Part shown: piece after piece, positions 37,278 through 46,980 of the stretch
Layout: each line of letters begins with the position of its first letter
Position numbering within the stretch: position 1 is the first letter of the stretch
Assembly: GCA_029862205.1 (NCBI GenBank)
Contig: JAOTXT010000019.1
Location: 284 to 64,283, forward strand
Direction of reading: 5' to 3'
Length of the DNA: 64,000 bases
Source: Paracoccaceae bacterium
GTDB taxonomy: Bacteria > Pseudomonadota > Alphaproteobacteria > Rhodobacterales > Rhodobacteraceae
Position numbers and translations under genes: made by a program
The notes under the pieces: generated by a model
The model's database searches: none
What the model was told of the DNA's origin: nothing
What the model saw: the letters and a program-made list of their open reading frames with translations, nothing else

Positions 37278-38011
37278 GCGCGGGTATCGCAGTGATCGCG
37301 GAGGCGGATACCGCCTCCGCTTCGGCCCCACCAACCGATGCCACGATCGAGGTCGCTGGCAGCCGGGTGGTGTTGCGGCCGTCGGGCGCATTCTTCTGGC
37401 CCGAGCGGGCGTTGTTGGCTGTGGCGGATCTGCACCTGGGCCGGGCCGAGCGGACGGCTCGCGAGGGCGGCGATCTGCTGCCGCCCTTTGAATCGATCGA
37501 CACGCTCGACCGGCTCGAGGCCGAGATCATGGCCCTGGCCCCGCGCATGGTGGTTTGCCTGGGCGACAGTTTCGACGACCTGGCCGCGGCGCGGAACCTG
37601 TCGGAGGATGTGCTGCTGCGGATCGGGCGGCTGGCCGCGGGACGGAAGTGGTGCTGGATCGCCGGCAATCACGACCCAGGACCCGTGGAATTGCCGGGCA
37701 CCCATTTGGCCGAGCTCCGCCTAGGCCTGTTGAATTTCAGGCATATCGCGTTGTCGCGTCTCGGCGCCAGCGGGGGCGAGATTTCAGGCCACTATCACCC
37801 AAAGGCAAAACTGATCCGGCGGGGCACCAGCGTGACACGGCGCTGCTTCCTCAGTGACGGGCGCCGGGTCATCCTGCCTGCCTTCGGCACCTATACCGGC
37901 GGGCTCGACGTGATGGACGGGGCTTTCGATCCTCTGGTCGGGCCAGACGGAACTGCCTGGCTGCTGGGAAAACAGGTGACAGGGATCGCCCGGTCCCACC
38001 TTAGAAAATGA
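37274..38011 (+). CDS. pdeM: Ligase-associated DNA damage response endonuclease (metallophosphoesterase)
   Basis: ADLHLG, LLPPF, CLGDSFDD, IAGNHDP, ISGHYHP, ILPAFGTYTGGL. Confidence 0.85.
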   Translation: MSAGIAVIAEADTASASAPPTDATIEVAGSRVVLRPSGAFFWPERALLAVADLHLGRAERTAREGGDLLPPFESIDTLDRLEAEIMALAPRMVVCLGDSFDDLAAARNLSEDVLLRIGRLAAGRKWCWIAGNHDPGPVELPGTHLAELRLGLLNFRHIALSRLGASGGEISGHYHPKAKLIRRGTSVTRRCFLSDGRRVILPAFGTYTGGLDVMDGAFDPLVGPDGTAWLLGKQVTGIARSHLRK

Positions 38012-38460
38012 ACGGCTTCACGCCCCGTGACCCCGATTTCGAGGCAAGGGTGCGAGCTAATTTTGACCAGCAAAACTTCATGGAGCTCTTGGGCGCGCGG
38101 CTGGTCTCGGTCGCGCCAGGAGAGGTAGAGATCGCGCTTCCAATCCGGCCGGCGCTGGAGCAGCAGCACGGCTATGCCCACGCGGGCGCCGCCTGGTCGA
38201 TCGCCGACAGTGCCGCCGGGTTCTCGGCACAAAGCCTGATGGCGGCGGACGAAGGCGTGCTGACTGTCGAGTTGAAGATCAACCTGCTGGCGCCGGGCCA
38301 AGGCGAACGGCTGATCGCGCGCGGCCGGGTCGAACGTGCTGGACGGCGCCTGATGGTCGGCCGCGCGGATGTCTATGCGGAAGCGCAGGGCCGCGAAACC
38401 CATGTAGCCATTGCCACCGGCACGTTCATGGTGCTGCCGGGACTGGCCGACAAGGCCTGA
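38008..38460 (+). CDS. PaaI-family thioesterase
   Basis: QQHGYAHAG...ADSAAG, TVELKINLLAP. Confidence 0.9.
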   Translation: MNGFTPRDPDFEARVRANFDQQNFMELLGARLVSVAPGEVEIALPIRPALEQQHGYAHAGAAWSIADSAAGFSAQSLMAADEGVLTVELKINLLAPGQGERLIARGRVERAGRRLMVGRADVYAEAQGRETHVAIATGTFMVLPGLADKA

Positions 38461-39177
38461 TCAGTCCCCCGCGATAAAGGTCTTCAGAACCCAGGGCCCG
38501 CCCTCGGCGCTCTGGATGAAGATCGCCCGCCAGTCGAGCGGGCTGCGCACCTCGTCGGTGCGGGCGAAACCGCATCCCGCCTCGGCCAGGCAAACGTGAT
38601 ACCAGCCCTCTTCGTAGAGCCCGGGGAACCGGGTCAGATAGGGCCCACGGGCCAGGACCCGCCCTTCGATGCCTTCCCAGAGGATGGACGCATCCACTGC
38701 CGGCGTTGCGCGCAGCACGGCGCCGGACCGAAATCCGTAATAATATTCGAAGGGATCGAGGTCGGCAGGCCAAAGCTGGAATACGACCGGAAAAACTGCG
38801 CCACGACCCTCGGCCCAGTCGGTCACCAGCAAGCCGCCACCCGCGAGCACCGTCTCGAATTCCGGCCAGAACCAGGGCTCGGCGATCATCTCGCGAAACG
38901 CGGCGAGGCCATAGGCGCCGCCGAAACTGAGCTTGATCTCCGTATCGGCGAGCGCGATCAGGGCATCGCCGTCTTGGGTCTCGGCAATTCTTGTCAGTTG
39001 ATCTGTCAAGGCGATCAGATCGGGATCGGTGGGCGCGGGTGCGGTCGGCACCTGGCGCCCGCGTGCTGCCTCCATTAGCCGCCCTAGATCGGCATCGTCA
39101 CTCTGAGCCCGCAGCGGGGGTGGCGCAAGCAGAGCGCCAAGGACAATGGCGACGGTTGGGAAGAGAACACGGTGCAT
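38461..39177 (-). CDS. Secreted hypothetical protein, possibly SH3-like
   Basis: Signal peptide; VLRATP...GWYHV...GF segment; C-terminal FIAGD. Confidence 0.7.
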   Translation of the reverse strand: MHRVLFPTVAIVLGALLAPPPLRAQSDDADLGRLMEAARGRQVPTAPAPTDPDLIALTDQLTRIAETQDGDALIALADTEIKLSFGGAYGLAAFREMIAEPWFWPEFETVLAGGGLLVTDWAEGRGAVFPVVFQLWPADLDPFEYYYGFRSGAVLRATPAVDASILWEGIEGRVLARGPYLTRFPGLYEEGWYHVCLAEAGCGFARTDEVRSPLDWRAIFIQSAEGGPWVLKTFIAGD

Positions 39178-39188
39178 CGCTTCGACCC

Positions 39189-39632
39189 TCATACCGGACG
39201 CAATTTTTCGAGGAGATCTGCGAGCAGTTGTACCTCCTCGTCGTCTAGCTTGTCCGAAAAATGCGCCGCAATCGCGCTCCCATAGGCAGGCCACATGGCA
39301 TCGATCAGCGCCCTACCCTTTTCGGTCAGGTAGATGATCTGGGCGCGTCCATCCTCGGGACAGGGGGTCCGGCGCACATAGCCCGCATGGTCAAGGCGAT
39401 CGATCAGACGCGACAGGTTGTATTGGGCCAGCAGCATCTTGGCCTGCAATTCGAACTGCCGCAGCCCCTCGGGCGCCACGCGTCTCAGCTCCAATAGCGC
39501 GTCATACCAGGCCAGCGGGGGCAGGCCGGCAGCCTTAAGGTCGGCCTCTACGGCCGCCAACACGGCCTGGCTGACCCGCATGAACCGGGCCCAAAGTGCT
39601 GTTTGATCATGGGTTTCGGCCATAATCGGCAT
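39189..39632 (-). CDS. MarR-family regulator
   Basis: WYDALLEL, QYNLSRLIDRL, DGR...LTEKG. Confidence 0.9.
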   Translation of the reverse strand: MPIMAETHDQTALWARFMRVSQAVLAAVEADLKAAGLPPLAWYDALLELRRVAPEGLRQFELQAKMLLAQYNLSRLIDRLDHAGYVRRTPCPEDGRAQIIYLTEKGRALIDAMWPAYGSAIAAHFSDKLDDEEVQLLADLLEKLRPV

Positions 39633-39721
39633 ATAGCGTAAACATGCATCTGCATCAACGTCCTTGAATTGTATGCGTTCGCATTTACTTTACATGCATT
39701 CGCATATTTAGGAGTTCTCCG

Positions 39722-40489
39722 ATGCCGAAACTCACCCTGATCAGCCACCATCTCTGCCCCTATGTGCAGCGCGCGGCGATCGCGCTCGCGGAGAAAGAGA
39801 TGCCGTTCGAGCGGGTCTACATCGATCTGGCGAACAAGCCGGCCTGGTTCCTGGCCATCTCGCCACTGGGCAAGGTCCCGCTCTTGAAGGTTGAAAACGA
39901 AGACGGGCGCGAGAGTGTCATCTTCGAATCCGCCGTGATCCTGGAATATCTGGAAGAGGTGCTCGACACGCCGCTCCATCCCGCCGACCCACTGGAGCGC
40001 GCGCGCCACCGGGGCTGGATGGAATTCGGCTCCGCCGCCCTGAACGGCATCGCGCGCTTTTATTCGGCGCCCGACCAGGCGGCGTTGGCGCGGGAGGCCC
40101 GCGCCCTCTCGCTGATGTTCGACTGGGTTGAGGCGAAACTGGGCAACGGCCCCTTCTTCGCGGGGGACAGCTTTACCCTGGTCGACGCGGTCTTTGCCCC
40201 CGTCTTCCGCTACTTCGACGTCATCGACCGGATCGGCGATTTCGGAATCCTGGCGGGCAAGCCCAAGCTCGCCGCCTGGCGCGTGGCGCTTGCGGCCCGG
40301 CCCTCGGTGCGCAACGCGGTGACGGCGGACTACCCCGAGCGGCTGATGGCCTTCTTCGAGCGCAAGGGGACTGCGCTGACCGAACGGATTGGGCGCGAGG
40401 CGGCTCAACGGTGCGGGCCGCCCCGCGTCACCCTCCCCCCAGCGGGGAGGGACCTACGCGCAGCCCGGCTGGGCCAGCCATTTCAGTAA
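39722..40489 (+). CDS. Glutathione S-transferase family protein
   Basis: SHHLCPYVQR, SPLGKVP, FESAVILEYL. Confidence 0.92.
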   Translation: MPKLTLISHHLCPYVQRAAIALAEKEMPFERVYIDLANKPAWFLAISPLGKVPLLKVENEDGRESVIFESAVILEYLEEVLDTPLHPADPLERARHRGWMEFGSAALNGIARFYSAPDQAALAREARALSLMFDWVEAKLGNGPFFAGDSFTLVDAVFAPVFRYFDVIDRIGDFGILAGKPKLAAWRVALAARPSVRNAVTADYPERLMAFFERKGTALTERIGREAAQRCGPPRVTLPPAGRDLRAARLGQPFQ

Positions 40490-40517
40490 CCTCTGATTGG
40501 CGCGCGCAAAGATGAGA

Positions 40518-41051
40518 TCACCCTGCCCCCTTCGGCAGCAGGCGCGCCAGGCCGGCGCCCATGCGCAAGAGGGTCGTCTGAGTGCCCCGTGGCAGCTTGA
40601 TCATTTCCGAATACCAGCAGTCGAAGGTCTCCATGACCTCCAACGTCTCGCGCAGCCGCTTGACCACGTATTCCGGCGTCTCTCCGTCGGCCTCGGCGGC
40701 TTCCAGCGCATGGCGGACCGCGTCGATGGTCGGCGTGAATTCGCGTGCGCGGCGGCCTTCGACCACGGCGCGCGCCAGGTCGAACATGTCGTCGACGGAG
40801 GTGAAATGATCTCGCCGGTCGCCTAGTTTTCGGCTGACCCGCACCAGCTTCCAGGCCTGCAGCTCCTTAATCGCCGTCGAGACGTTCGAACGGGCGATCC
40901 CCAGCACCCCGACGATCTCATCCGCCGGCAGGGGTTTTGGCGACAAGTGCAGCAGCGCGTGGACCTGGGCGACCGAGCGGTTGACCCCCCAGCGCGCGCC
41001 CATCTCCCCCCAATGAAGGATGAAATCCTGCATGGCCGGGGTGAGTTTCAT
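40518..41051 (-). CDS. GbsR/MarR-like transcriptional regulator
   Basis: FILHWGEMGARWGVNRSVAQVHALL, ARSNVSTAIKEL, DRRDHF. Confidence 0.88.
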   Translation of the reverse strand: MKLTPAMQDFILHWGEMGARWGVNRSVAQVHALLHLSPKPLPADEIVGVLGIARSNVSTAIKELQAWKLVRVSRKLGDRRDHFTSVDDMFDLARAVVEGRRAREFTPTIDAVRHALEAAEADGETPEYVVKRLRETLEVMETFDCWYSEMIKLPRGTQTTLLRMGAGLARLLPKGAG

Positions 41052-41116
41052 CGACTTGTTCCTGTAATTTCTGTTATTACAGAAATATCCGAAGACTCGC
41101 GAACTGTCAACGCCCG

Positions 41117-41178
41117 CTAGGGTGCGCATTCATGCGCACCTTTCGTCGGCACATGGTGCGCATGAATGCGCACCCTAC
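41117..41178. repeat. Inverted pair of GTAG-type REP sequences
   Basis: ctagggtgcgcattcatgcgcacc (41117-41140) and ggtgcgcatgaatgcgcaccctac (41155-41178; revcomp GTAGGGTGCGCATTCATGCGCACC). Confidence 0.85.
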
Positions 41179-41182
41179 GGGA

Positions 41183-42085
41183 TCACGCGGTCAGCCCTTC
41201 CGGCTCGGGCAGGCCGTTCGCGCGGCAGCAGGCGGTCACGGTGTTTGCTAGGAGGCACGCGATGGTCATCGGCCCCACCCCGCCCGGCACCGGGGTGATG
41301 GCGCCGGCGATCTCGGCCGCGCCCGCGAAATCCACGTCGCCGACCAGCTTGTGCTTGCCCTCACCCTTCTCAGGCGCAGGGATCCGGTTAATGCCCACGT
41401 CGATGACCGTGGCGCCGGGTTTGACCCAGTCGCCCTTGATCATCTCGGGCCGGCCCACCGCGGCGACCAGGATATCCGCGCCCCGGCAGACCCCCGGCAG
41501 ATCCTGGGTCCGGCTGTGCGCGATGGTCACCGTGCAGCTATCCTTCAACAGCAGGTTCGCCATCGGCTTGCCGACGATGTTCGAGCGCCCGACCACGACC
41601 GCGTTCTTGCCCGAAAGACTGCCCAGATGGTCGCGCAGCATCATCAGGCAGCCCAGGGGCGTGCAGGGCACCATCGATTTCTGGCCGGTCCCCAGAAGCC
41701 CGACATTCGAGATATGGAACCCGTCCGCATCCTTCGCCGGGTTGATCGAATTGATCACCAGGTCGCTGTTCAGATGGTCCGGCAGGGGAAGCTGGACCAG
41801 GATGCCATGCACCGCCGGGTCGTTGTTCAACTGGTCGATCAGCGCCAGCAGGTCCGCCTCGGGCGTATCCGCGTCGAGCTTGTGCTCGAACGAGTTCATG
41901 CCGACCTCAAGCGTCTGCTTGCCCTTATTGCGCACATAGACCTGGCTGGCCGGATCCTCGCCCACCAGCACGACCGCGAGGCCAGGAGTGATGCCGTGCA
42001 CCTCCTTCAAATTCGCAACATGCTCGGCCACCTTGGCGCGCACGGTCGCGGCAAAGGCCTTTCCGTCGATGATCTCGGCGGTCAT
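41183..42085 (-). CDS. folD: Bifunctional methylene-THF dehydrogenase/cyclohydrolase
   Basis: [46 protein letters not shown]. Confidence 0.97.
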   Translation of the reverse strand: MTAEIIDGKAFAATVRAKVAEHVANLKEVHGITPGLAVVLVGEDPASQVYVRNKGKQTLEVGMNSFEHKLDADTPEADLLALIDQLNNDPAVHGILVQLPLPDHLNSDLVINSINPAKDADGFHISNVGLLGTGQKSMVPCTPLGCLMMLRDHLGSLSGKNAVVVGRSNIVGKPMANLLLKDSCTVTIAHSRTQDLPGVCRGADILVAAVGRPEMIKGDWVKPGATVIDVGINRIPAPEKGEGKHKLVGDVDFAGAAEIAGAITPVPGGVGPMTIACLLANTVTACCRANGLPEPEGLTA

Positions 42086-42116
42086 AAACGTCTCCCTGAT
42101 TCTCTTGTGCGGGGTG

Positions 42117-42575
42117 TCATCCCCTTCCGCGATAAGGGCTTACACCCTGATCGGGCAGCCAAACCCCCTCGGGCAGGACACCTGTTTGCCAAAAAACGTC
42201 AATCGGGATTCCGCCGCGGGGATACCAGTAGCCGCCGATCCTCAGGTAACGGGGCTGAATCGCCTCGACGATGCGCTTGCCGATCGAGACGGTGCAATCC
42301 TCGTGGAAGGCACCGTGATTTCGGAACGATGCCAGGAACAGCTTCAGCGACTTCGACTCGACGATCAGTTGGTCGGGCACATAGTCGATGACAAGATGCG
42401 CGAAATCCGGCTGGCCGGTGACCGGGCAGAGCGAGGTGAACTCGGGCGCGACAAACCGGGCAACGTAGTTCTGGTCCGGGTGCGGGTTCGCCACCGGATC
42501 GAGCCGCGCCTCGTCCGGGCTGGCGGGCTGGCCGGCGGGCTGGCCGAGGATCGTGGTCTGGACGGGGTCTGTCAT
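42117..42575 (-). CDS. queF: NADPH-dependent preQ0 reductase
   Basis: [36 protein letters not shown]. Confidence 0.95.
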   Translation of the reverse strand: MTDPVQTTILGQPAGQPASPDEARLDPVANPHPDQNYVARFVAPEFTSLCPVTGQPDFAHLVIDYVPDQLIVESKSLKLFLASFRNHGAFHEDCTVSIGKRIVEAIQPRYLRIGGYWYPRGGIPIDVFWQTGVLPEGVWLPDQGVSPYRGRG

Positions 42576-42674
42576 GCCCTGCCCCATAGCGCGGCAGGGC
42601 CAAGCGCGCAATCCGGATTGACCCAGGGCGCGGGATCGCCGCAAGCTTTGTGCACAAGAGAATTGGAGGCGGCG

Positions 42675-43406
42675 ATGCGGGGGAGAGCGGCAGAGGCGAT
42701 CGCAGCAATCGCCGAGGAATTGGGGGCACGCGCGACCGGCGACGCGGCGCTGGCCTCGTTCTCAGATCTACTGAGCCAAGGTACAGGGGCGCGGAATGCT
42801 CCCCTGCCCGAAGCGCCGCCCGACCACCCGGCGCGGGCACATCTTCGCCCGGCATTCGCGGCGCTATCAGGGCCGGCGCCTCGGTTGATCGCCGCGATCG
42901 AGGCGATTGCGGGTGACCTGCGCTGGCGCCAGGTCTTCGATGGCACTGGGGCACCACCAACGGTGGCCGAGGGGATGCTGGCGGCGCAGATCGCCGGGCC
43001 GGTCGGCTTGATCGGCGCCAACGGTGATGGCTGCGCGGGACTTTTCCTGATCGCGCCGGGGGTGCATTACCCGTTCCATACCCACGAAGCGACCGAGATC
43101 TACTACTGCGTCCACGGGCGGTTGCTTTTGCAATACGGCACGCAAAGCAAGCCGATGGAGCTGACGCCAGGCCTCTACGGCCATACGCCGTCGAACCGGG
43201 TGCATTCTTTGACCACCGAAGCCGAGCCGGTGCTGCTGATCTATGCCTGGACCGGTCCCTTGGACCGGCCGAATTGGATCTGGGACACAGACGGACAAGG
43301 CGGCTGGACCCGCGCGAACTGGTCGCGGCGCGACGATGGGTCGTGGGTCAAGCAAGCCGAGGAGCCGGTCACCGCCGCCCTGCTGGCCGAGGCCGAGGGA
43401 AACTGA
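42675..43406 (+). CDS. DMSP-lyase-family cupin (DddQ-like)
   Basis: 3' part of ORF 41988-43406 with a GGAGG RBS; [45 protein letters not shown]. Confidence 0.7.
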   Translation: MRGRAAEAIAAIAEELGARATGDAALASFSDLLSQGTGARNAPLPEAPPDHPARAHLRPAFAALSGPAPRLIAAIEAIAGDLRWRQVFDGTGAPPTVAEGMLAAQIAGPVGLIGANGDGCAGLFLIAPGVHYPFHTHEATEIYYCVHGRLLLQYGTQSKPMELTPGLYGHTPSNRVHSLTTEAEPVLLIYAWTGPLDRPNWIWDTDGQGGWTRANWSRRDDGSWVKQAEEPVTAALLAEAEGN

Positions 43407-43407
43407 T

Positions 43408-43872
43408 CTAGTCGAACTTGACGTTGTGTGCCCAGGTCTCGCCGTCCGAGATCACCAGATCCTCGAAACCCAAAAGCCGGGCCAGGTCGAACCAGGTTGC
43501 GAAATCCTCGATCCCGTTCTCGATGAAGAAATCGGTGCCCCGCGCATTCGAGGTCAGCTGGGCCAAAACCGCGCGCGCGCGATAGAGCGTCTTGAAGACC
43601 TCGTCATCCAGCGCGACGATGATCATGTGTTGTGCATCCGCGCCCTTGGCGAAAATCACGAAGCGCGGGTTCTCCGGAGCGGCGAGCTGTGCCTTGGTGA
43701 TTTGGGTAATGAAATTGACCCGCACCCGCCGGTCCGCAGGCGGCCCGCCAAGATCGCGGCTAAAGGACTCCTCCGAGGTGATCGGCGGATAGTAATAGCC
43801 CGCCTTTTCGGCGGCCTCGACAGGCACGGCCAGCGCCATGACGGCGAGGGCGAGGATCAACAGGCGGATCAT
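43408..43872 (-). CDS. Conserved secreted hypothetical protein
   Basis: Signal peptide MIRLLILALAVMALAVPVEA; GYYYP...; natural composition. Confidence 0.75.
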   Translation of the reverse strand: MIRLLILALAVMALAVPVEAAEKAGYYYPPITSEESFSRDLGGPPADRRVRVNFITQITKAQLAAPENPRFVIFAKGADAQHMIIVALDDEVFKTLYRARAVLAQLTSNARGTDFFIENGIEDFATWFDLARLLGFEDLVISDGETWAHNVKFD

Positions 43873-43954
43873 GGTCTCTCCTGGTCTCGAAATCAGGTCC
43901 GCCCATTCAAATGCCATGCCGGGCCCGGAAGTCAAACCGGACCCGGCGCTGGCC

Positions 43955-45217
43955 TCATGCTGCTACGATGTTGTGATCGGGGCCGTAGGGGAAGCCGGTG
44001 ATGTTCTCGGCCCCGGTCTCGGTCACCACCAGGATGTCGTGCTCGCGATAGCCGCCGGCCCCGGGCGTGCCTTCCGGGATGGTCAGCATCGGCTCCATCG
44101 AGACGACCATGCCGGGCTCGAGCACCGTGTCGATATCCTCGCGCAGCTCGAGCCCCGCTTCGCGCCCGTAATAGTGCGAAAGCACACCGAATGAGTGGCC
44201 GTATCCGAACGAGCGGTACTGCAGCAGGTCATGGCCAGCCAGGAGATCGTTTATCTCCGAACAGATCTCCGAGCAGCGGATGCCGGGGCGGATCAGATTG
44301 AGACCGCGTTCATGAGCATCCACATTGGCGCGCCAGATCCGCAGCGACGCCGGGTCAGGCTCGCCCAAGAACAGCGTGCGCTCGAGCGCGGTATAATAGG
44401 CCGAGATCATCGGGAAGGTGTTGAGGCTGAGAATATCACCCTGCGCCAAGCGGCGCGTCGTCAGCGAATTGTGGGCGCCGTCCGTGTTGATGCCGGACTG
44501 GAACCACACCCAGGTGTCGCGGATCTCCGAATCGGGAAAGGCCCGCGCGATCTCGGTCTCCATGGCGTCGCGGCCCGTTTGGGCAATCTCAAGCTCGGAA
44601 GCACCCTCGCGGATCGCGCCGCGGACCGCCTCGCCGCCCAGATCGGCGATGCGGGCGCCCTCGCGGATCAGCGCGATCTCCTCAGCGGATTTGACCATGC
44701 GCGCGGACATGATCGCCGGGGCCAGATTGACGGTGTGCGGCGCGGCCAGGAATTCGGCCAACTTCGCGCTTTGCGCCAGGGTTATGTGATCGCCCTCGAT
44801 CCCAACCGTTCGAGCGCCGCCGACCAAATCACACACCGCGCGCCAGAAATTATCGCGGCGCCAATCCGTATAGATGACGTTCTCGTCCACCGAGCGCCGC
44901 CAGGGCTGACCGCCATCGATATTGGCCGAGACCGTGACACACCTCTCGGGCGTCACGACCACCGCATAGGGCCGCCCGAAAGCGCAGTAGAGGAAGCCGG
45001 TGTAATAGGCCACGTTGTGCATCGAGGTAAGGAGCACCGCCCCGGCGCCCTCGGCGGCCATGATCCGGCGCAAGGTGGTGAGCCGGCCGGCATATTCGGC
45101 CTGGCTGAATGGCAGACGCGCTTTCGCACCGTTCTGCAGCGAAAAGACGTCCGGGCGGGTAAGCGATTTGAGCATCGAAGCCTCCATCCGTTTCCGGTGG
45201 AGGACCCCTGCCGCCAC
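43955..45217 (-). CDS. Creatinase (M24 fold creatine amidinohydrolase)
   Basis: FLYCAFGRPY, YTDWRRDNF, DTWVWFQSGINTDGAH, FGYGHSFG, HYYGREAGLELRED, GGYREHDIL. Confidence 0.88.
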   Translation of the reverse strand: MAAGVLHRKRMEASMLKSLTRPDVFSLQNGAKARLPFSQAEYAGRLTTLRRIMAAEGAGAVLLTSMHNVAYYTGFLYCAFGRPYAVVVTPERCVTVSANIDGGQPWRRSVDENVIYTDWRRDNFWRAVCDLVGGARTVGIEGDHITLAQSAKLAEFLAAPHTVNLAPAIMSARMVKSAEEIALIREGARIADLGGEAVRGAIREGASELEIAQTGRDAMETEIARAFPDSEIRDTWVWFQSGINTDGAHNSLTTRRLAQGDILSLNTFPMISAYYTALERTLFLGEPDPASLRIWRANVDAHERGLNLIRPGIRCSEICSEINDLLAGHDLLQYRSFGYGHSFGVLSHYYGREAGLELREDIDTVLEPGMVVSMEPMLTIPEGTPGAGGYREHDILVVTETGAENITGFPYGPDHNIVAA

Positions 45218-45454
45218 CGGAAGGAAATCCGGGCGTGCAGGATGCAGCGGAGCGGGCTCCGCGAGCTGACCGGGCGTTCGTGGTTCGGGCCAGGTTGGGG
45301 CGACGCCATCGCCCCATGCTCGGCTGAGAATATAGCGTAGTTCGGGCCATCAGGAAAGTGGCGCGAATGTCGCGCCTCGGCCTTGAGCCGGGGCCTCGCC
45401 GTGCACCGCACCGAACAGCCCCTCAAGGTCCCGGGTCAAGCCCGGGACATCGGG

Positions 45455-46933
45455 TTACCGCTCGAGCGCCCGCCAGGCGATGTCGCTTCGCCAGAACCCC
45501 TCCGGCCAATCGATTACGCTGATCGCCGCATAGGCTCGGTCGCGGGCCTCCTCCAGGGTCTCGCCACGGGCCGAGACGTTCAGGACACGCCCGCCATTGG
45601 CCAGGATCCGGTCGCCGCCGGCCTTGGTGCCCGCATGGAAGACGGTGACGCCCGGCACTTTAGCCGCTTCGTCCAATCCCTTGATTTCAGACCCCTTCTC
45701 ATAGGATCCTGGGTAGCCTTCGGCCGCCATAACAACGGTCAGGGCCGGATCCTCCGCCCAGTGCATCGGCACGTCGTCGAGAGTTCCCTTCGCGCAGGCC
45801 ACCAGCGCCGGGACGATGTCGGTCGCCAGGCGCAGCATCAACACCTGGCATTCAGGATCACCGAAGCGAGCGTTGTATTCGACCAGCCTGGGCCCGGTCT
45901 CCCCGATCATCAGGCCAGCATAGAGCACGCCCTTGTAGGGCGTCCCGCGCCGGGCCATCTCGACGATGGTGGGGCGCACGATCTCGTCCAGCGCACGGCG
46001 TTCCATCTCCGCCGTCATAACGGGTGCCGGAGAATAGGCGCCCATGCCGCCGGTGTTGGGACCCTCGTTGCCATCGAAGGCGCGCTTGTGGTCCTGAGCG
46101 GTGGCGAGCGGCACCACCGCTTCGCCGTCGGTCAGCACGAAAAAGCTCGCCTCCTCGCCGGCCATGAATTCCTCGATCACCACCTCGGCGCCCGCCTCGC
46201 CAAAGGCGCCGGAGAGCATGTCCTCGACTGCGGCCTCGGCTTCGGCCTCGGTCATGGCCACCACCACGCCCTTGCCGGCTGCCAGCCCGTCCGCCTTGAT
46301 CACGATCGGTGCACCTTCGGCGCGCACATAATCCAGCGCCGCAGCGCGGTCGGTGAACCGCGCATAGGCCGCCGTCGGCGCGCCGCAGGCATCGCAGATC
46401 TCCTTGGTGAAGGCCTTCGAGGCCTCGAGCCGTGCTGCCTCGCGGCCAGGGCCAAAGGCGAGGATACCGGCCTCCGACAGGATATCGACCACGCCGGCCG
46501 CAAGCGGGGCCTCCGGGCCGACGATCACAAAACCGATCCCGTGGGCCTGGCACCAGGCAGCGACCGCGGCCCCGTCCTCCGGGTCCAGCGCCGCGCACTC
46601 GGCCACCTGGGCGATCCCGGCATTGCCCGGCGCGGCATAGAGCTTGCCGCAAAGCGGGCTGCGCGCCACCGCCCAGGCCAACGCATGTTCGCGTCCACCA
46701 CCGCCCAGGATCAGGATGTCCATGCGCTCCCCCTTCGGCTCGGGCGCCTCACCGTCACCCGGATTCGAGGCGGCCGCGAGCGCAACTTCAAGCGCCAGCT
46801 TTTCGCGCTGAACCTCGGTCATTTCGCCTTTCAGCGCCCGCATCCGCAAGCGCAAGGTCCAGCCGCGCCAAAACACCGTTCCCGCAAGCACAATCAGCGC
46901 CAGCGCGATTAGGGTTGCGGGGAGAAGGTCCAT
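45455..46933 (-). CDS. purD: Phosphoribosylamine-glycine ligase, with an in-frame 70-aa N-terminal TM/coiled-coil extension (canonical start at 46723)
   Basis: ILGGGGREHAL, APGNAG, LEASKAFTK, KADGLAAGKGV, QDHKR, NTGGMGAY, NARFGDPE. Confidence 0.93.
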   Translation of the reverse strand: MDLLPATLIALALIVLAGTVFWRGWTLRLRMRALKGEMTEVQREKLALEVALAAASNPGDGEAPEPKGERMDILILGGGGREHALAWAVARSPLCGKLYAAPGNAGIAQVAECAALDPEDGAAVAAWCQAHGIGFVIVGPEAPLAAGVVDILSEAGILAFGPGREAARLEASKAFTKEICDACGAPTAAYARFTDRAAALDYVRAEGAPIVIKADGLAAGKGVVVAMTEAEAEAAVEDMLSGAFGEAGAEVVIEEFMAGEEASFFVLTDGEAVVPLATAQDHKRAFDGNEGPNTGGMGAYSPAPVMTAEMERRALDEIVRPTIVEMARRGTPYKGVLYAGLMIGETGPRLVEYNARFGDPECQVLMLRLATDIVPALVACAKGTLDDVPMHWAEDPALTVVMAAEGYPGSYEKGSEIKGLDEAAKVPGVTVFHAGTKAGGDRILANGGRVLNVSARGETLEEARDRAYAAISVIDWPEGFWRSDIAWRALER

Positions 46934-46980
46934 TGCGCCACTCTAGGACGGTCAGAGAACGGCCCATTCGAAGGACCGAG

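Noticed and set aside
42576-42600. 8-bp hairpin directly upstream of the queF start as a possible preQ1 riboswitch
   Set aside because: It lacks the preQ1 aptamer loop and A-rich tail. The loop looks like a -10 element (GCTATG) about 10 bp from the ATG, which suggests a near-leaderless mRNA.
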